Sequence record: OR670491.1
Direction: 5' to 3' (one strand)
DNA: 64,000 nt
Below, piece after piece: positions 21,153 to 29,661 of the stretch. Numbering within the stretch: the stretch's first letter is position 1; each line of letters begins with the position of its first letter. The notes beneath the pieces are model-generated. The model was not told where the DNA came from. It searched no databases and was given only the letters and a program-made list of their open reading frames with translations. The position numbers and the translations under genes were made by a program.

Positions 21153-22170
21153 TAAACTGATTACATTTACTGACATTCATCTAGGATTGAAGAATAACAG
21201 TAAGCAACACAATGAAGATTGTTTAAACTTTATCCGCTTCATGATAAAGATTGCCAAAGAAAAGGGCATTACTAAATGTGCCTTTCTTGGTGATTACTTC
21301 CATAACAGAAGTAACATTAACATTCAAACATTGAACTATGGTTTAGAAATTCTACAATTACTAAATGACAACTTTGAAAAAACATATTTCTTAGTTGGGA
21401 ACCACGATATGTATCATAAAAATAAACGTGACATTACGAGTATCAATATGGCACAGGTTTATGAGAACATCGAGTTCATTAATGAGATTACTACAATCGA
21501 TGATTGTACTTTCATTCCATTTATGATTGAAGATGAATACAAACTACTACCACAACTTAAAAGTAAGTATGTTTTCGGACACCTTGAGTTGCCTGGATAC
21601 ATGCTTAACAAGATGGTTGAAATGCCAGATCATGGCAAAGAGACAGAAGGTTCATTTAGTGGGTGTGAATATGTTTTTAGTGGACACTTTCATAAGCGTC
21701 AATCTAAAATCACCCCTAAAGGTACTCGCGTAATTTATACTGGTAACTGTTTTCCGCATAATTTCTCTGACACTTGGGATGATGCTAGAGGTGTGATGAT
21801 TTTAGAACACGGAATGGAACCAATTTTCCAAACGTGGTCTGAAGCACCTAAGTATAGAACATTTACTCTTTCAGAATTACTAACCGACCCTAGTTTCTAT
21901 CTTCAAGATAATACTATTTCAAAGATTCAGGTTGATATCCAAATCACTACTGATGAGATTAGTTTTATCCGTGATACTTTTACTAAACTGTATAACATTC
22001 GTGAGTTTAACGTTGTTACCAGTAAGCAAAGTATTAAGGAATTACTTGAAGAAGGTGAAAGTTTTGAAAGTACTGAATCAGTTGATGATATTGTTATGCA
22101 ACAAATCATGGAAATTGATTCACCTATGTTCGATAAAAATCTCCTAATTCAAATTTATAGATCATTATAA
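21139..22170 (+). CDS. gp47: Recombination endonuclease subunit, Mre11/SbcD-like
   Basis: Metallophosphoesterase motifs FTDIHLG, FLGDYFH, VGNHD, FSGHFH. Confidence 0.92.
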   Translation: MALFDKLITFTDIHLGLKNNSKQHNEDCLNFIRFMIKIAKEKGITKCAFLGDYFHNRSNINIQTLNYGLEILQLLNDNFEKTYFLVGNHDMYHKNKRDITSINMAQVYENIEFINEITTIDDCTFIPFMIEDEYKLLPQLKSKYVFGHLELPGYMLNKMVEMPDHGKETEGSFSGCEYVFSGHFHKRQSKITPKGTRVIYTGNCFPHNFSDTWDDARGVMILEHGMEPIFQTWSEAPKYRTFTLSELLTDPSFYLQDNTISKIQVDIQITTDEISFIRDTFTKLYNIREFNVVTSKQSIKELLEEGESFESTESVDDIVMQQIMEIDSPMFDKNLLIQIYRSL

Positions 22171-22179
22171 GGAAATTCT

Positions 22180-24327
22180 GTGCTAAACATTACAAGTATA
22201 TCGATGAGAAACTTCTTCTCCTTTGGGAATGCACCACAAGTTATTGAAATGAATGGTGCTGATATCTCCCTAGTGCTAGGACAAAACAACGATGCAGTTA
22301 TTGAAGGTGGCGACAGTTCTGGTCGCCGTAATGGTGTAGGTAAAAGTGCCATTATACAAGGTTTAGTATATGGTTTGTTTGGCAAAAGTATTGGTAATGA
22401 TATTAAAATTCCAAACTTAGTTAATAAAACTAATGCTAAGAACTGTGAAGTAATCGTTGAGTTCGAAAAGGATGGGGTAAATTATAGAGTTGAACGTGGT
22501 AGAAGTCCTACTTACTTTAACTTTATTACTGTAGGAACTGATAATACAGTTACAGACGAATCAAGGGGTGAAAAGAAAGATACCCAAGAAGATCTAAATG
22601 AGATTTTGGGTATTTCTCAACTCCTGTTCGAACATATTGTAGTACTGAATGCTAACGTAGAACCATTTTTGGCATTAGGTGCTCAACGTCAACGTGATAT
22701 GATCGAAGAACTCCTTGGGATTACACAATTGACTGAAAAAGCTGAACTACTTAAGGATATGAACAAAGAATCCAAGCGTTTAGCAGAACAAGAGAAGTTT
22801 AAGAACGAAACAGTTGCTGCTAGTAATGAACGTATACAGAAAAGTATCGAATCATTGCAGGAACAAGCAAATAACTTCGAAATCGAGAAGTCAAAACGTG
22901 TTGAAAGTCTGGAAAGTGAGATTAGTTTGTATAGTACTGTTAACTTTGAGGATTTGTACAAAGCTGCTGCTCTTAATGAAGAAGCAATTGCTCATAACCT
23001 TAATATTGACAATCTATCCATCCGAGTACAAGATCTGGCTTCTAAATTTGAGACATACAATGCCGATTTAGAACGTAACAAAAGTATTCTTGCTCAAAAT
23101 ATCGATAATCTAAAGAACATTGATATTAATGCGGAGTTAAAGAGTCATGAAGAACTGGAAATGTGGAAACAATTAGATACTATTCTAAAAGAGAACAATA
23201 ACCAAAAGCGTTTCAAAGAACAGAAGTTAAATTCATTGAAAGCTAACCTTCAAACTTATAAAACTTCGTTTAGTGCAGAAGATAACAAACGTATTGAGTT
23301 GGAAAAGAGTAAATGTCCAACGTGTTTGACTACACTTGAACATAATGAACACACAATGTCATTGAAAGCTAAAATTCAAGAGACTATTGATTCATTACAT
23401 CTGAAAATTGATGAATGTACTCGTGAAATTGAGCAAGTAGAAGGTGAAATTGGTGCTATTGAGATCTTCGATATGCCACCTAAACCTATTACTCATTACA
23501 ATACGTTGACTGAAGCACAAATGCATGAACATAAGCTTCAAGAGTTGCAGAAAAAGTATGATGAGGTTCCAATTAATATCTATCAAGAAGAGTTGATGAA
23601 CTCCTATGATACTTTGAACTCATTAGTTCGTAAAGAAGTATCCGAGTCATTGACTCAATCAGAAGTAAGAGAGATTGAATTGGCTTATAACTCATTAAAA
23701 CAACAACTGGAACGTGAATTAGCAACGACTAATACTTTTATTAGTCAAATTAACACGCTTACTCAAGATTCACTTGTTGCAATCGATTATTCCGATTATA
23801 ATAACTTAGATAAGTTGGCTAATCACCAAGATTTCTTAGTTAAGCTGCTTCTCAATAAAGATTCATATGTTCGTAAACGTATCATTGAACAAAATATCTC
23901 ATATCTGAACAACCGTCTTCAGTACTACATCGAAATGTGTGGTTCAGAGCATAGCGTTGTGTTCCTTAACGATCTAAGCGTTGAGATTGAGAAAAGTGGT
24001 CAATACTTTGACTATAAACAATTAAGTCGTGGGGAAAGAACAAGGGTTAACATTGCGTTATCTTGTGCATTCCGTGATACTTATGAGTCTCTATATCAAA
24101 GTATTAACATTCTGATTATCGATGAGATGATTGACCAAGGTCTAGATTCAAGTGGTGTTCTTCGTGTGTGGTCTATCTTCCAAGATATGTCTGCTGTACG
24201 TGGTAAAAACGTATATGCAATTTCACACAGAGAAGAGTTGCTTTCTAAGACTGAAAAAATCCTTAAAGTAGTAAAAGAATACGGTTTCAGTACTGTTGAA
24301 TATACTACTCTGGATGATGTATTCTAA
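22180..24327 (+). CDS. gp46: Recombination ATPase subunit, Rad50/SbcC-like
   Basis: Walker A NGVGKS, coiled coil, CPTC zinc hook, LSRGE signature, IIDE Walker B. Confidence 0.92.
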   Translation: MLNITSISMRNFFSFGNAPQVIEMNGADISLVLGQNNDAVIEGGDSSGRRNGVGKSAIIQGLVYGLFGKSIGNDIKIPNLVNKTNAKNCEVIVEFEKDGVNYRVERGRSPTYFNFITVGTDNTVTDESRGEKKDTQEDLNEILGISQLLFEHIVVLNANVEPFLALGAQRQRDMIEELLGITQLTEKAELLKDMNKESKRLAEQEKFKNETVAASNERIQKSIESLQEQANNFEIEKSKRVESLESEISLYSTVNFEDLYKAAALNEEAIAHNLNIDNLSIRVQDLASKFETYNADLERNKSILAQNIDNLKNIDINAELKSHEELEMWKQLDTILKENNNQKRFKEQKLNSLKANLQTYKTSFSAEDNKRIELEKSKCPTCLTTLEHNEHTMSLKAKIQETIDSLHLKIDECTREIEQVEGEIGAIEIFDMPPKPITHYNTLTEAQMHEHKLQELQKKYDEVPINIYQEELMNSYDTLNSLVRKEVSESLTQSEVREIELAYNSLKQQLERELATTNTFISQINTLTQDSLVAIDYSDYNNLDKLANHQDFLVKLLLNKDSYVRKRIIEQNISYLNNRLQYYIEMCGSEHSVVFLNDLSVEIEKSGQYFDYKQLSRGERTRVNIALSCAFRDTYESLYQSINILIIDEMIDQGLDSSGVLRVWSIFQDMSAVRGKNVYAISHREELLSKTEKILKVVKEYGFSTVEYTTLDDVF

Positions 24328-24333
24328 TAACAC

Positions 24334-24359
24334 AAAAGGGAGCCTTAGCTCCCTTTTTT
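24334..24359. terminator. Bidirectional terminator between convergent gp46 and endonuclease VII genes
   Basis: AAAAGGGAGC-CTTA-GCTCCCTTTTTT. Confidence 0.75.
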
Positions 24360-24836
24360 CACATGCAACATATTTAATTTACCTTCCTTGATAAGCTTCC
24401 TAGCTTGCTTTACACGAGCAGCATTGTTAGCACCAGGGATGATATCGTACTCTTCCAGAATAGCGTTCTGTTGGGCTGCTGGGAGCCTTTTAAACTTACC
24501 TACATCAACTGCTAAAGCAGTGTGGTGTATAATCTGTTCCTCTTCAGGGATGCTATTATTTTTCTCTAAATAGTCTGCAAGATTACGCAGTACTTCGTAT
24601 AGGGGTTTATCAGTTAAGTGCTTCATATAGCGATTAAAGCTGTTCTGAACCTTTCCTTCCCATGCGTTCACTTCATTCTGGAGTACTTCACGACAGTGTT
24701 GATTCTCGAAGTGATAGTGATCCAGTACTGGTTTAGTGATAGTTTCTTTGATGATAGGATCTATACCTTTTTGTTTTTTAAGTAATTCATTTCGATAGTT
24801 TGCAGCGTCTTTACTATCTTTCAATCTTCGTTTCAT
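24345..24836 (-). CDS. gp49: Recombination endonuclease VII-like Holliday junction resolvase (His-Me finger)
   Basis: QKGIDPII...PVLDHYH...CREVLQNEVNAWEGK matches endo VII (LDHDH...RGLLC..CN..EG), although the Zn-ligand cysteines are partly lost. Confidence 0.65.
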   Translation of the reverse strand: MKRRLKDSKDAANYRNELLKKQKGIDPIIKETITKPVLDHYHFENQHCREVLQNEVNAWEGKVQNSFNRYMKHLTDKPLYEVLRNLADYLEKNNSIPEEEQIIHHTALAVDVGKFKRLPAAQQNAILEEYDIIPGANNAARVKQARKLIKEGKLNMLHVKKGS

Positions 24837-24929
24837 AAATCCCCTCTTAACTAATTCCTATTGAAATATTTATGCGTTAGTTTTCAGTGCAGGAACTAAG
24901 TACTTTTTCATAAAAAAATCACATAATAC

Positions 24930-24958
24930 TGAGACACTTTTAAAAAATGTGCTATAAT
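24930..24958 (+). promoter_or_regulatory. Early/middle-type promoter TGAGAC-N14-TGCTATAAT pointing into the non-coding island
   Basis: Matches the recurrent promoter class; no credible ORF follows. Confidence 0.7.
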
Positions 24959-24960
24959 GT

Positions 24961-25414
24961 TTATTGTAGTAATGACAATCCTGTTGAATGCAGAAATGCA
25001 TATAAATTAGAACCTGATCCTATCGAAAACGTAGATGGCAGATGAGCAGTTCAACAGTGCGATGAGCAAAAGAAACCCGTCAGATGTGGGCATAGTTTGA
25101 ACCCCTCACGGCAATGCGGCTCAATAAAGAACTCCGATAAGATACAGAGAGTTCCTCGATAGACATATAAGGTAAATTCCTTACCAGATTATCTAAGGGA
25201 GTTTTTGATTTATTTCAAAAACAGCTTGAAGTTTGATTGTATAGACTTTCAAGTGAGTGTCAGGATGTTTAAGACTGACGACCGTTGCATATGACTGCGA
25301 TAGAGAGAAACAGAGCAACCCGCTTTCGTTCTTAATTAATTAAGAAATTCGCAATACAATAATTCCGATGCCATCAGCGTCAAGATTAAGAGACTTCATT
25401 GTCTCTTTTTTATT
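24961..25414 (+). ncRNA. Putative structured non-coding RNA of about 450 nt, family unknown
   Basis: Promoter immediately upstream; terminator-like hairpin with T-run at 25388-25414; many helices (see findings); no ORF with RBS. Confidence 0.55.
25388..25414 (+). terminator. Terminator-like hairpin closing the putative ncRNA
   Basis: AAGAGAC-TTCATT-GTCTCTT followed by TTTTATT. Confidence 0.55.
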
Positions 25415-25613
25415 ATCTTCATTCCCCTGCGGGGGGATGAAATATCCTCAACAAATCCCGTCAAGTATTAAATCATTTAAAGTTCTTTATAATTATATTA
25501 AAATGAATATGAGTTACGTCAGTAACGAATATTCTTCAGCTAACGAATGAAATGAGTTAGATGAGTTCAATATAATCCTTCTAGTATAATTCAAATCATC
25601 ATAATTTAGATAC

Positions 25614-25638
25614 AAAAAAAACCAGCAATAGATGCTGG
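25614..25638 (-). terminator. Terminator for the minus-strand baseplate hub genes
   Basis: CCAGCA-ATAGA-TGCTGG hairpin with an A-run on its left. Confidence 0.65.
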
Positions 25639-25650
25639 CTTAGTAGTGAG

Positions 25651-25863
25651 TTACTGCTTCCCGTTGAGTTTTTTAATTTTCTTATTAAATGACTTAACTA
25701 ATAAATTCCTGTCAATTACTGGCATATTAAGGAGTGTTCCGTAGTCAATATTTTCCATATTCACAGCACACTCCATAAGTGCTTCTTTGATCTCTTTTTT
25801 ATTCAGTTCTATTTCCTTCAAAAATTCTTGAATTTCTTCTGGAGTTGACTGGAGAAGCGTCAT
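25651..25863 (-). CDS. Small baseplate hub assembly protein (gp51-like position)
   Basis: 70 aa, overlaps the stop of the gp26-like gene; IDYGTLLNMPVIDRNLL resembles tail assembly chaperone C-termini. Confidence 0.45.
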   Translation of the reverse strand: MTLLQSTPEEIQEFLKEIELNKKEIKEALMECAVNMENIDYGTLLNMPVIDRNLLVKSFNKKIKKLNGKQ

Positions 25864-26696
25864 GCGAAAAAATGACTAGGGTCATACTTGAGTCCTTCAA
25901 TTTCCCATTGATGAGAACACTCACTGCATTCAACTTCCATAGTATGAGAAATACCTACTTCAAGTACTTCATCCATTTTTTCTTTGATTACTTTAATAAC
26001 TGCTTTGGATTGTTGTCCTAACCATTCTACAATGAATTCCTTTTCAGTTACTTCATCCCCGTCAGGAGTAATAATTTTGTTAATGACTCCAGCGATCATA
26101 TCGAAGTTCAACTGTGCCATCTTTTCAAAGATCTCACCAAATAGTTTAATTTTCTCTTCTTCTTCAATACCAGCACCTTCTAAGTACTTACTTTTCTGCT
26201 GTTCTGCGAACATACGTTCAGCAAAGTCAGAGTATTCCTTCCAAGTCAAAGGACGAAACTCCAAAGTAAGTCCGTTATCTAGGTTGACAGTCGGTACTTC
26301 TTCGAATACACTAGCAGTCTCAAGTAGGAAACTTAAGTCACGTTCAAAACGTCCTTCTTTGTGACATTCAGGACATTCAACGTTGACATCATAAGTAGTT
26401 TCTTTAGATGCTACTTTAATTGCGATAAGAAGTTGCTCAATGTCGTTGACATACAATCCATCTGCATCTATAATGTTTGGTACGCAGTTCTCGATAACAC
26501 GGGATACAGATTCACCACTCAAAAGCATGTCAGGGGTGTTAAGTGTCATCTCATCACGAGCACTACGAGCACAAATGCCACATTTTACGCTTTTACTACC
26601 GAGAACACCTTCACTGTAAGGGATCACGGCATTACTGATTAGTTTAGTACTAAGTTCTTCAATTTTAGTGTATTTTGCTAATGGGTTCATAGCCAT
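25860..26696 (-). CDS. gp26: Baseplate hub subunit, gp26-like
   Basis: MNPLAKY..., ARDEMTLNTPDMLLSG..VIENCVP, DIEQLLIAIKVAS, CPEC and CSEC Zn motifs; ATAAATA at 26735-26741. Confidence 0.75.
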   Translation of the reverse strand: MAMNPLAKYTKIEELSTKLISNAVIPYSEGVLGSKSVKCGICARSARDEMTLNTPDMLLSGESVSRVIENCVPNIIDADGLYVNDIEQLLIAIKVASKETTYDVNVECPECHKEGRFERDLSFLLETASVFEEVPTVNLDNGLTLEFRPLTWKEYSDFAERMFAEQQKSKYLEGAGIEEEEKIKLFGEIFEKMAQLNFDMIAGVINKIITPDGDEVTEKEFIVEWLGQQSKAVIKVIKEKMDEVLEVGISHTMEVECSECSHQWEIEGLKYDPSHFFA

Positions 26697-26771
26697 TTTA
26701 GTTTCTCCATGTAATTCAAAAAATGTGTTTATAGTATTTATCCTGATAAATTATCCAAAATGAGGTAAATT

Positions 26772-27308
26772 ATGTTAAAAGATTTTTATAAAAAATATTC
26801 CGAGCGTGTTAAAGCATTCTTTGGGATCTCATTCCTGTGCTTAGTGTTCGCAGCAGGGTTCTTTAGCTATGATTCATATAAAACTGATGAACCACCAGCT
26901 AACCATGCTCTTGAGAAGCTTAAAAGCAAACTACATGAACGTGAGTTGAGTGCGGGTACTCATATGCTACGTGGTAAAGCATACCGCTTTGATTACAGTA
27001 CTAATGAATTTGATAAGAAAGTTTGGGTAATCCTGAACGTGAAGTTCAAAGAAGACAAGGTGTACTTAGGAGACACTTACTCTATTGTACTGACATATAT
27101 CGGAACTGATGCAGATGGTCTTGACTATTATTACAAAGCTCATCATTACATCAAGGGTATCCCTGAATTACAAAAAGAAGGATATTACCTAGATTATCTG
27201 GTTATTCATGACCCAGCACGTAAGGCAGTATCAGTTAATACTACCCCAAGTGGGAACCAAACTGGTGTACCAGACACATTTATCGGAACGCTAGACCCAG
27301 TATTCTAA
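26772..27308 (+). CDS. Hypothetical protein with one N-terminal membrane anchor
   Basis: Hydrophobic AFFGISFLCLVFAAGFFSY after a basic N-terminus; GAGG RBS; own terminator. Confidence 0.7.
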   Translation: MLKDFYKKYSERVKAFFGISFLCLVFAAGFFSYDSYKTDEPPANHALEKLKSKLHERELSAGTHMLRGKAYRFDYSTNEFDKKVWVILNVKFKEDKVYLGDTYSIVLTYIGTDADGLDYYYKAHHYIKGIPELQKEGYYLDYLVIHDPARKAVSVNTTPSGNQTGVPDTFIGTLDPVF

Positions 27309-27329
27309 AATAATATAACTAAATCCACT

Positions 27330-27366
27330 AAGCCCAAGGGTATATTCTACTCTTGGGCTTTTTTTA
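27330..27366 (+). terminator. Intrinsic terminator
   Basis: AAGCCCAAG...CTTGGGCTT followed by a T-run. Confidence 0.7.
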
Positions 27367-27419
27367 TTCAAAAAATGTCATAAATATCTTTATACTACAA
27401 TTTATTAAAAGGGATTGTT

Positions 27420-29651
27420 ATGGCTATCAATACGAGTGATTACCTTCTTCAGCAGTTGGTTAATCAGAATAAAGATAATAACGATAGTTTAACTGCAATA
27501 AGAGAACTATTGGCTGACAACTTAAAACAGAATTCTAAGAAAAAGACAGGCTCCAGTAGTCCAGGTTCCCCAAGACCAGGTGGTTCCGGTGGACGTGGTG
27601 GTTCAGGAAGCGGTTCCGGTAACAAAAACACTTTCGGAAAAATGTTTAAATCACTATCATCTGAAGTTTCTAACGTAAGTAAAACAATGATGAACAGTAG
27701 TGCGAACGTAAGCACTGTAGTGAACTCATTAGGTATGAGTGCATCATCAGCAGCCGGAGCATTAACAATGATTCCTGGCCCGATTGGTGTAGCTGCAACT
27801 GCATTTAAAATGGTAGCTGACGTAGGAATGGCAGTATACAACGTCCTGAACGCACAATTAGAAGTCTACACTAAAATTAACAGTGCAGGTGTTGCATTGG
27901 CTGAAGGTTATGGTTCAGTACTGAAAGGTGCTGGTGCGTCAATGATGAGTGTTGACAACTTTGCTGCGGCATTACAAACACACAGTGCTGTTGTTGCACA
28001 GTTGGATGGGGTTTATGGGGATGGTGTATCATCATTTGGTAAATTATTGGGAAGTGTTCAATTGGCACAAAACCAATTAGGCTTATATGGTGTATCACAA
28101 CAAACTCTAACTGATTTAACTGCACGTAATATTAAATTCCAAAAACAATACGGTGGGGCTGAAATGATTCGTAATATGAATCAGGCTCAAAGTAGTGAAC
28201 AGTTTATTACTACATTAACTAAATTCAGTAAAAGTATAGGTGAATCAGTAGATTCATTATTGAATAAAACAAAGAACTTGGATAAATCTATTGATACTCG
28301 TTCTATGATCATTGCACTTAAAAACTATTCTCATTTACCAAAAGAAACTGCTGCTCTTACATCAAAAGCTTTTAACGAAGCTGCATCTTCAATGGGTGAT
28401 ATGGGCAGTGATTATTTGCGTTTGATTTCTCATAGACTATCAATTGGTGGTATTCCTGATGACCTATTTTCTCCAGTACTGAATGAGGTTGCGGATCTTG
28501 GTGAGTATATGGTTAAGTCTGGGATTACAGATGCTAATGTAATTCGCCAGAAACAAATCGAGTACGTTCGTGCTAACCGTGAAACAATTGAACAAGATAT
28601 TCTTTATCAACGTAGTATCGGTAATGAACAAGCTGCCCTATTTGAAAGTCAATTACTAGACCTAGAAGCAGCAGCGAATGACCCTAAAAATAGCCCAGCA
28701 GATAAACTAACACAATTCACAAACCGCTTTAATATGTGGATTAGTAAAACATTCTCTGAACCATTTAATAAACTCTATGCTGATACACAGAATTCAGTAG
28801 TTGATTACCTTTCTGGTATTGCAGATAGAACTGATGGTGCATGGGAATTCCTATGGGAATTTGCTAAGGATGGTTTCGGATTAATCCCAATTGCTAAAGA
28901 TGCAATAGAATATGTTGATGGCCTAGGTGCAGAATTCTCAACTTGGTTGGATAATTTGGGTTCCGATTTAATGGGTGGCTCATATGATAAGATTTCTAAT
29001 GCGTTTAACTCTTTCATTGATAACCTAGTTGATTTGCCTGGTAAACTTTGGGATTCAGTTTCTGGTTGGTTTGGTGGCGGTGAAAAAGAAAAACCTAAAA
29101 CACAAGAACCATCTGTGGATGTTACCAATAAGTCCCAGTATATAACCACCGAACAGACAACACTAAATAAGATTACAGATTCAGTTATGGGGTTGTTTGA
29201 TTCGATATATACACCATTCAAACAGTGGAATGACGCAAGAACATGGACACCACCTAAGCCAACAGATAAAGAAGCAATGTGGCGTATGGGTGATCTAATC
29301 TCTAGTAATAATGGTAAAAAACCAATATCTACTCCACGTATTGAGAAAACCGAAAACGTGGTTCCAGATGTAGTACTGGAAAGAAAAATGTTTGATAAAT
29401 CAGCTTGGAAGCCCGGTGAAGCACCTTATCAAGCCGAAAAGCCAATTGATTTTGAGTCATTTGTCAATGATCGCAAAGACCTAAATATAACAAACAGGGC
29501 AGACGTACCGCAACTACAAGCTATGGATGAACAGTCAGAGATTTTGAAACGCTTGGCTGATGCATCAGAAGCATCACTGTCAGCCATTCAACAAACAAAT
29601 AACTTCTTGAGAACTATCTCTGAGAACACTCAAGGTGAAAGAAACAGTTAA
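27420..29651 (+). CDS. Tape-measure-like/gp29-like protein
   Basis: 743 aa, Ala/Gly/Ser-rich helical composition, Trp/Phe-periodic segment; late promoter ATAAATA at 27380-27386; immediately upstream of portal. Confidence 0.55.
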   Translation: MAINTSDYLLQQLVNQNKDNNDSLTAIRELLADNLKQNSKKKTGSSSPGSPRPGGSGGRGGSGSGSGNKNTFGKMFKSLSSEVSNVSKTMMNSSANVSTVVNSLGMSASSAAGALTMIPGPIGVAATAFKMVADVGMAVYNVLNAQLEVYTKINSAGVALAEGYGSVLKGAGASMMSVDNFAAALQTHSAVVAQLDGVYGDGVSSFGKLLGSVQLAQNQLGLYGVSQQTLTDLTARNIKFQKQYGGAEMIRNMNQAQSSEQFITTLTKFSKSIGESVDSLLNKTKNLDKSIDTRSMIIALKNYSHLPKETAALTSKAFNEAASSMGDMGSDYLRLISHRLSIGGIPDDLFSPVLNEVADLGEYMVKSGITDANVIRQKQIEYVRANRETIEQDILYQRSIGNEQAALFESQLLDLEAAANDPKNSPADKLTQFTNRFNMWISKTFSEPFNKLYADTQNSVVDYLSGIADRTDGAWEFLWEFAKDGFGLIPIAKDAIEYVDGLGAEFSTWLDNLGSDLMGGSYDKISNAFNSFIDNLVDLPGKLWDSVSGWFGGGEKEKPKTQEPSVDVTNKSQYITTEQTTLNKITDSVMGLFDSIYTPFKQWNDARTWTPPKPTDKEAMWRMGDLISSNNGKKPISTPRIEKTENVVPDVVLERKMFDKSAWKPGEAPYQAEKPIDFESFVNDRKDLNITNRADVPQLQAMDEQSEILKRLADASEASLSAIQQTNNFLRTISENTQGERNS

Positions 29652-29661
29652 GGACATAATA

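Noticed and set aside
24961-25414. tRNA, tmRNA, RNase P or group I intron identity for the structured island
   Set aside because: No T-loop/CCA cloverleaf, no tmRNA acceptor ends, no GAGGAAAGUCC-like P4, no clear P7/R-S elements, and it does not interrupt a gene.
25368-25550. 60-aa ORF in the non-coding island
   Set aside because: No Shine-Dalgarno, runs through the terminator hairpin and G-tract, and has non-phage codon usage.
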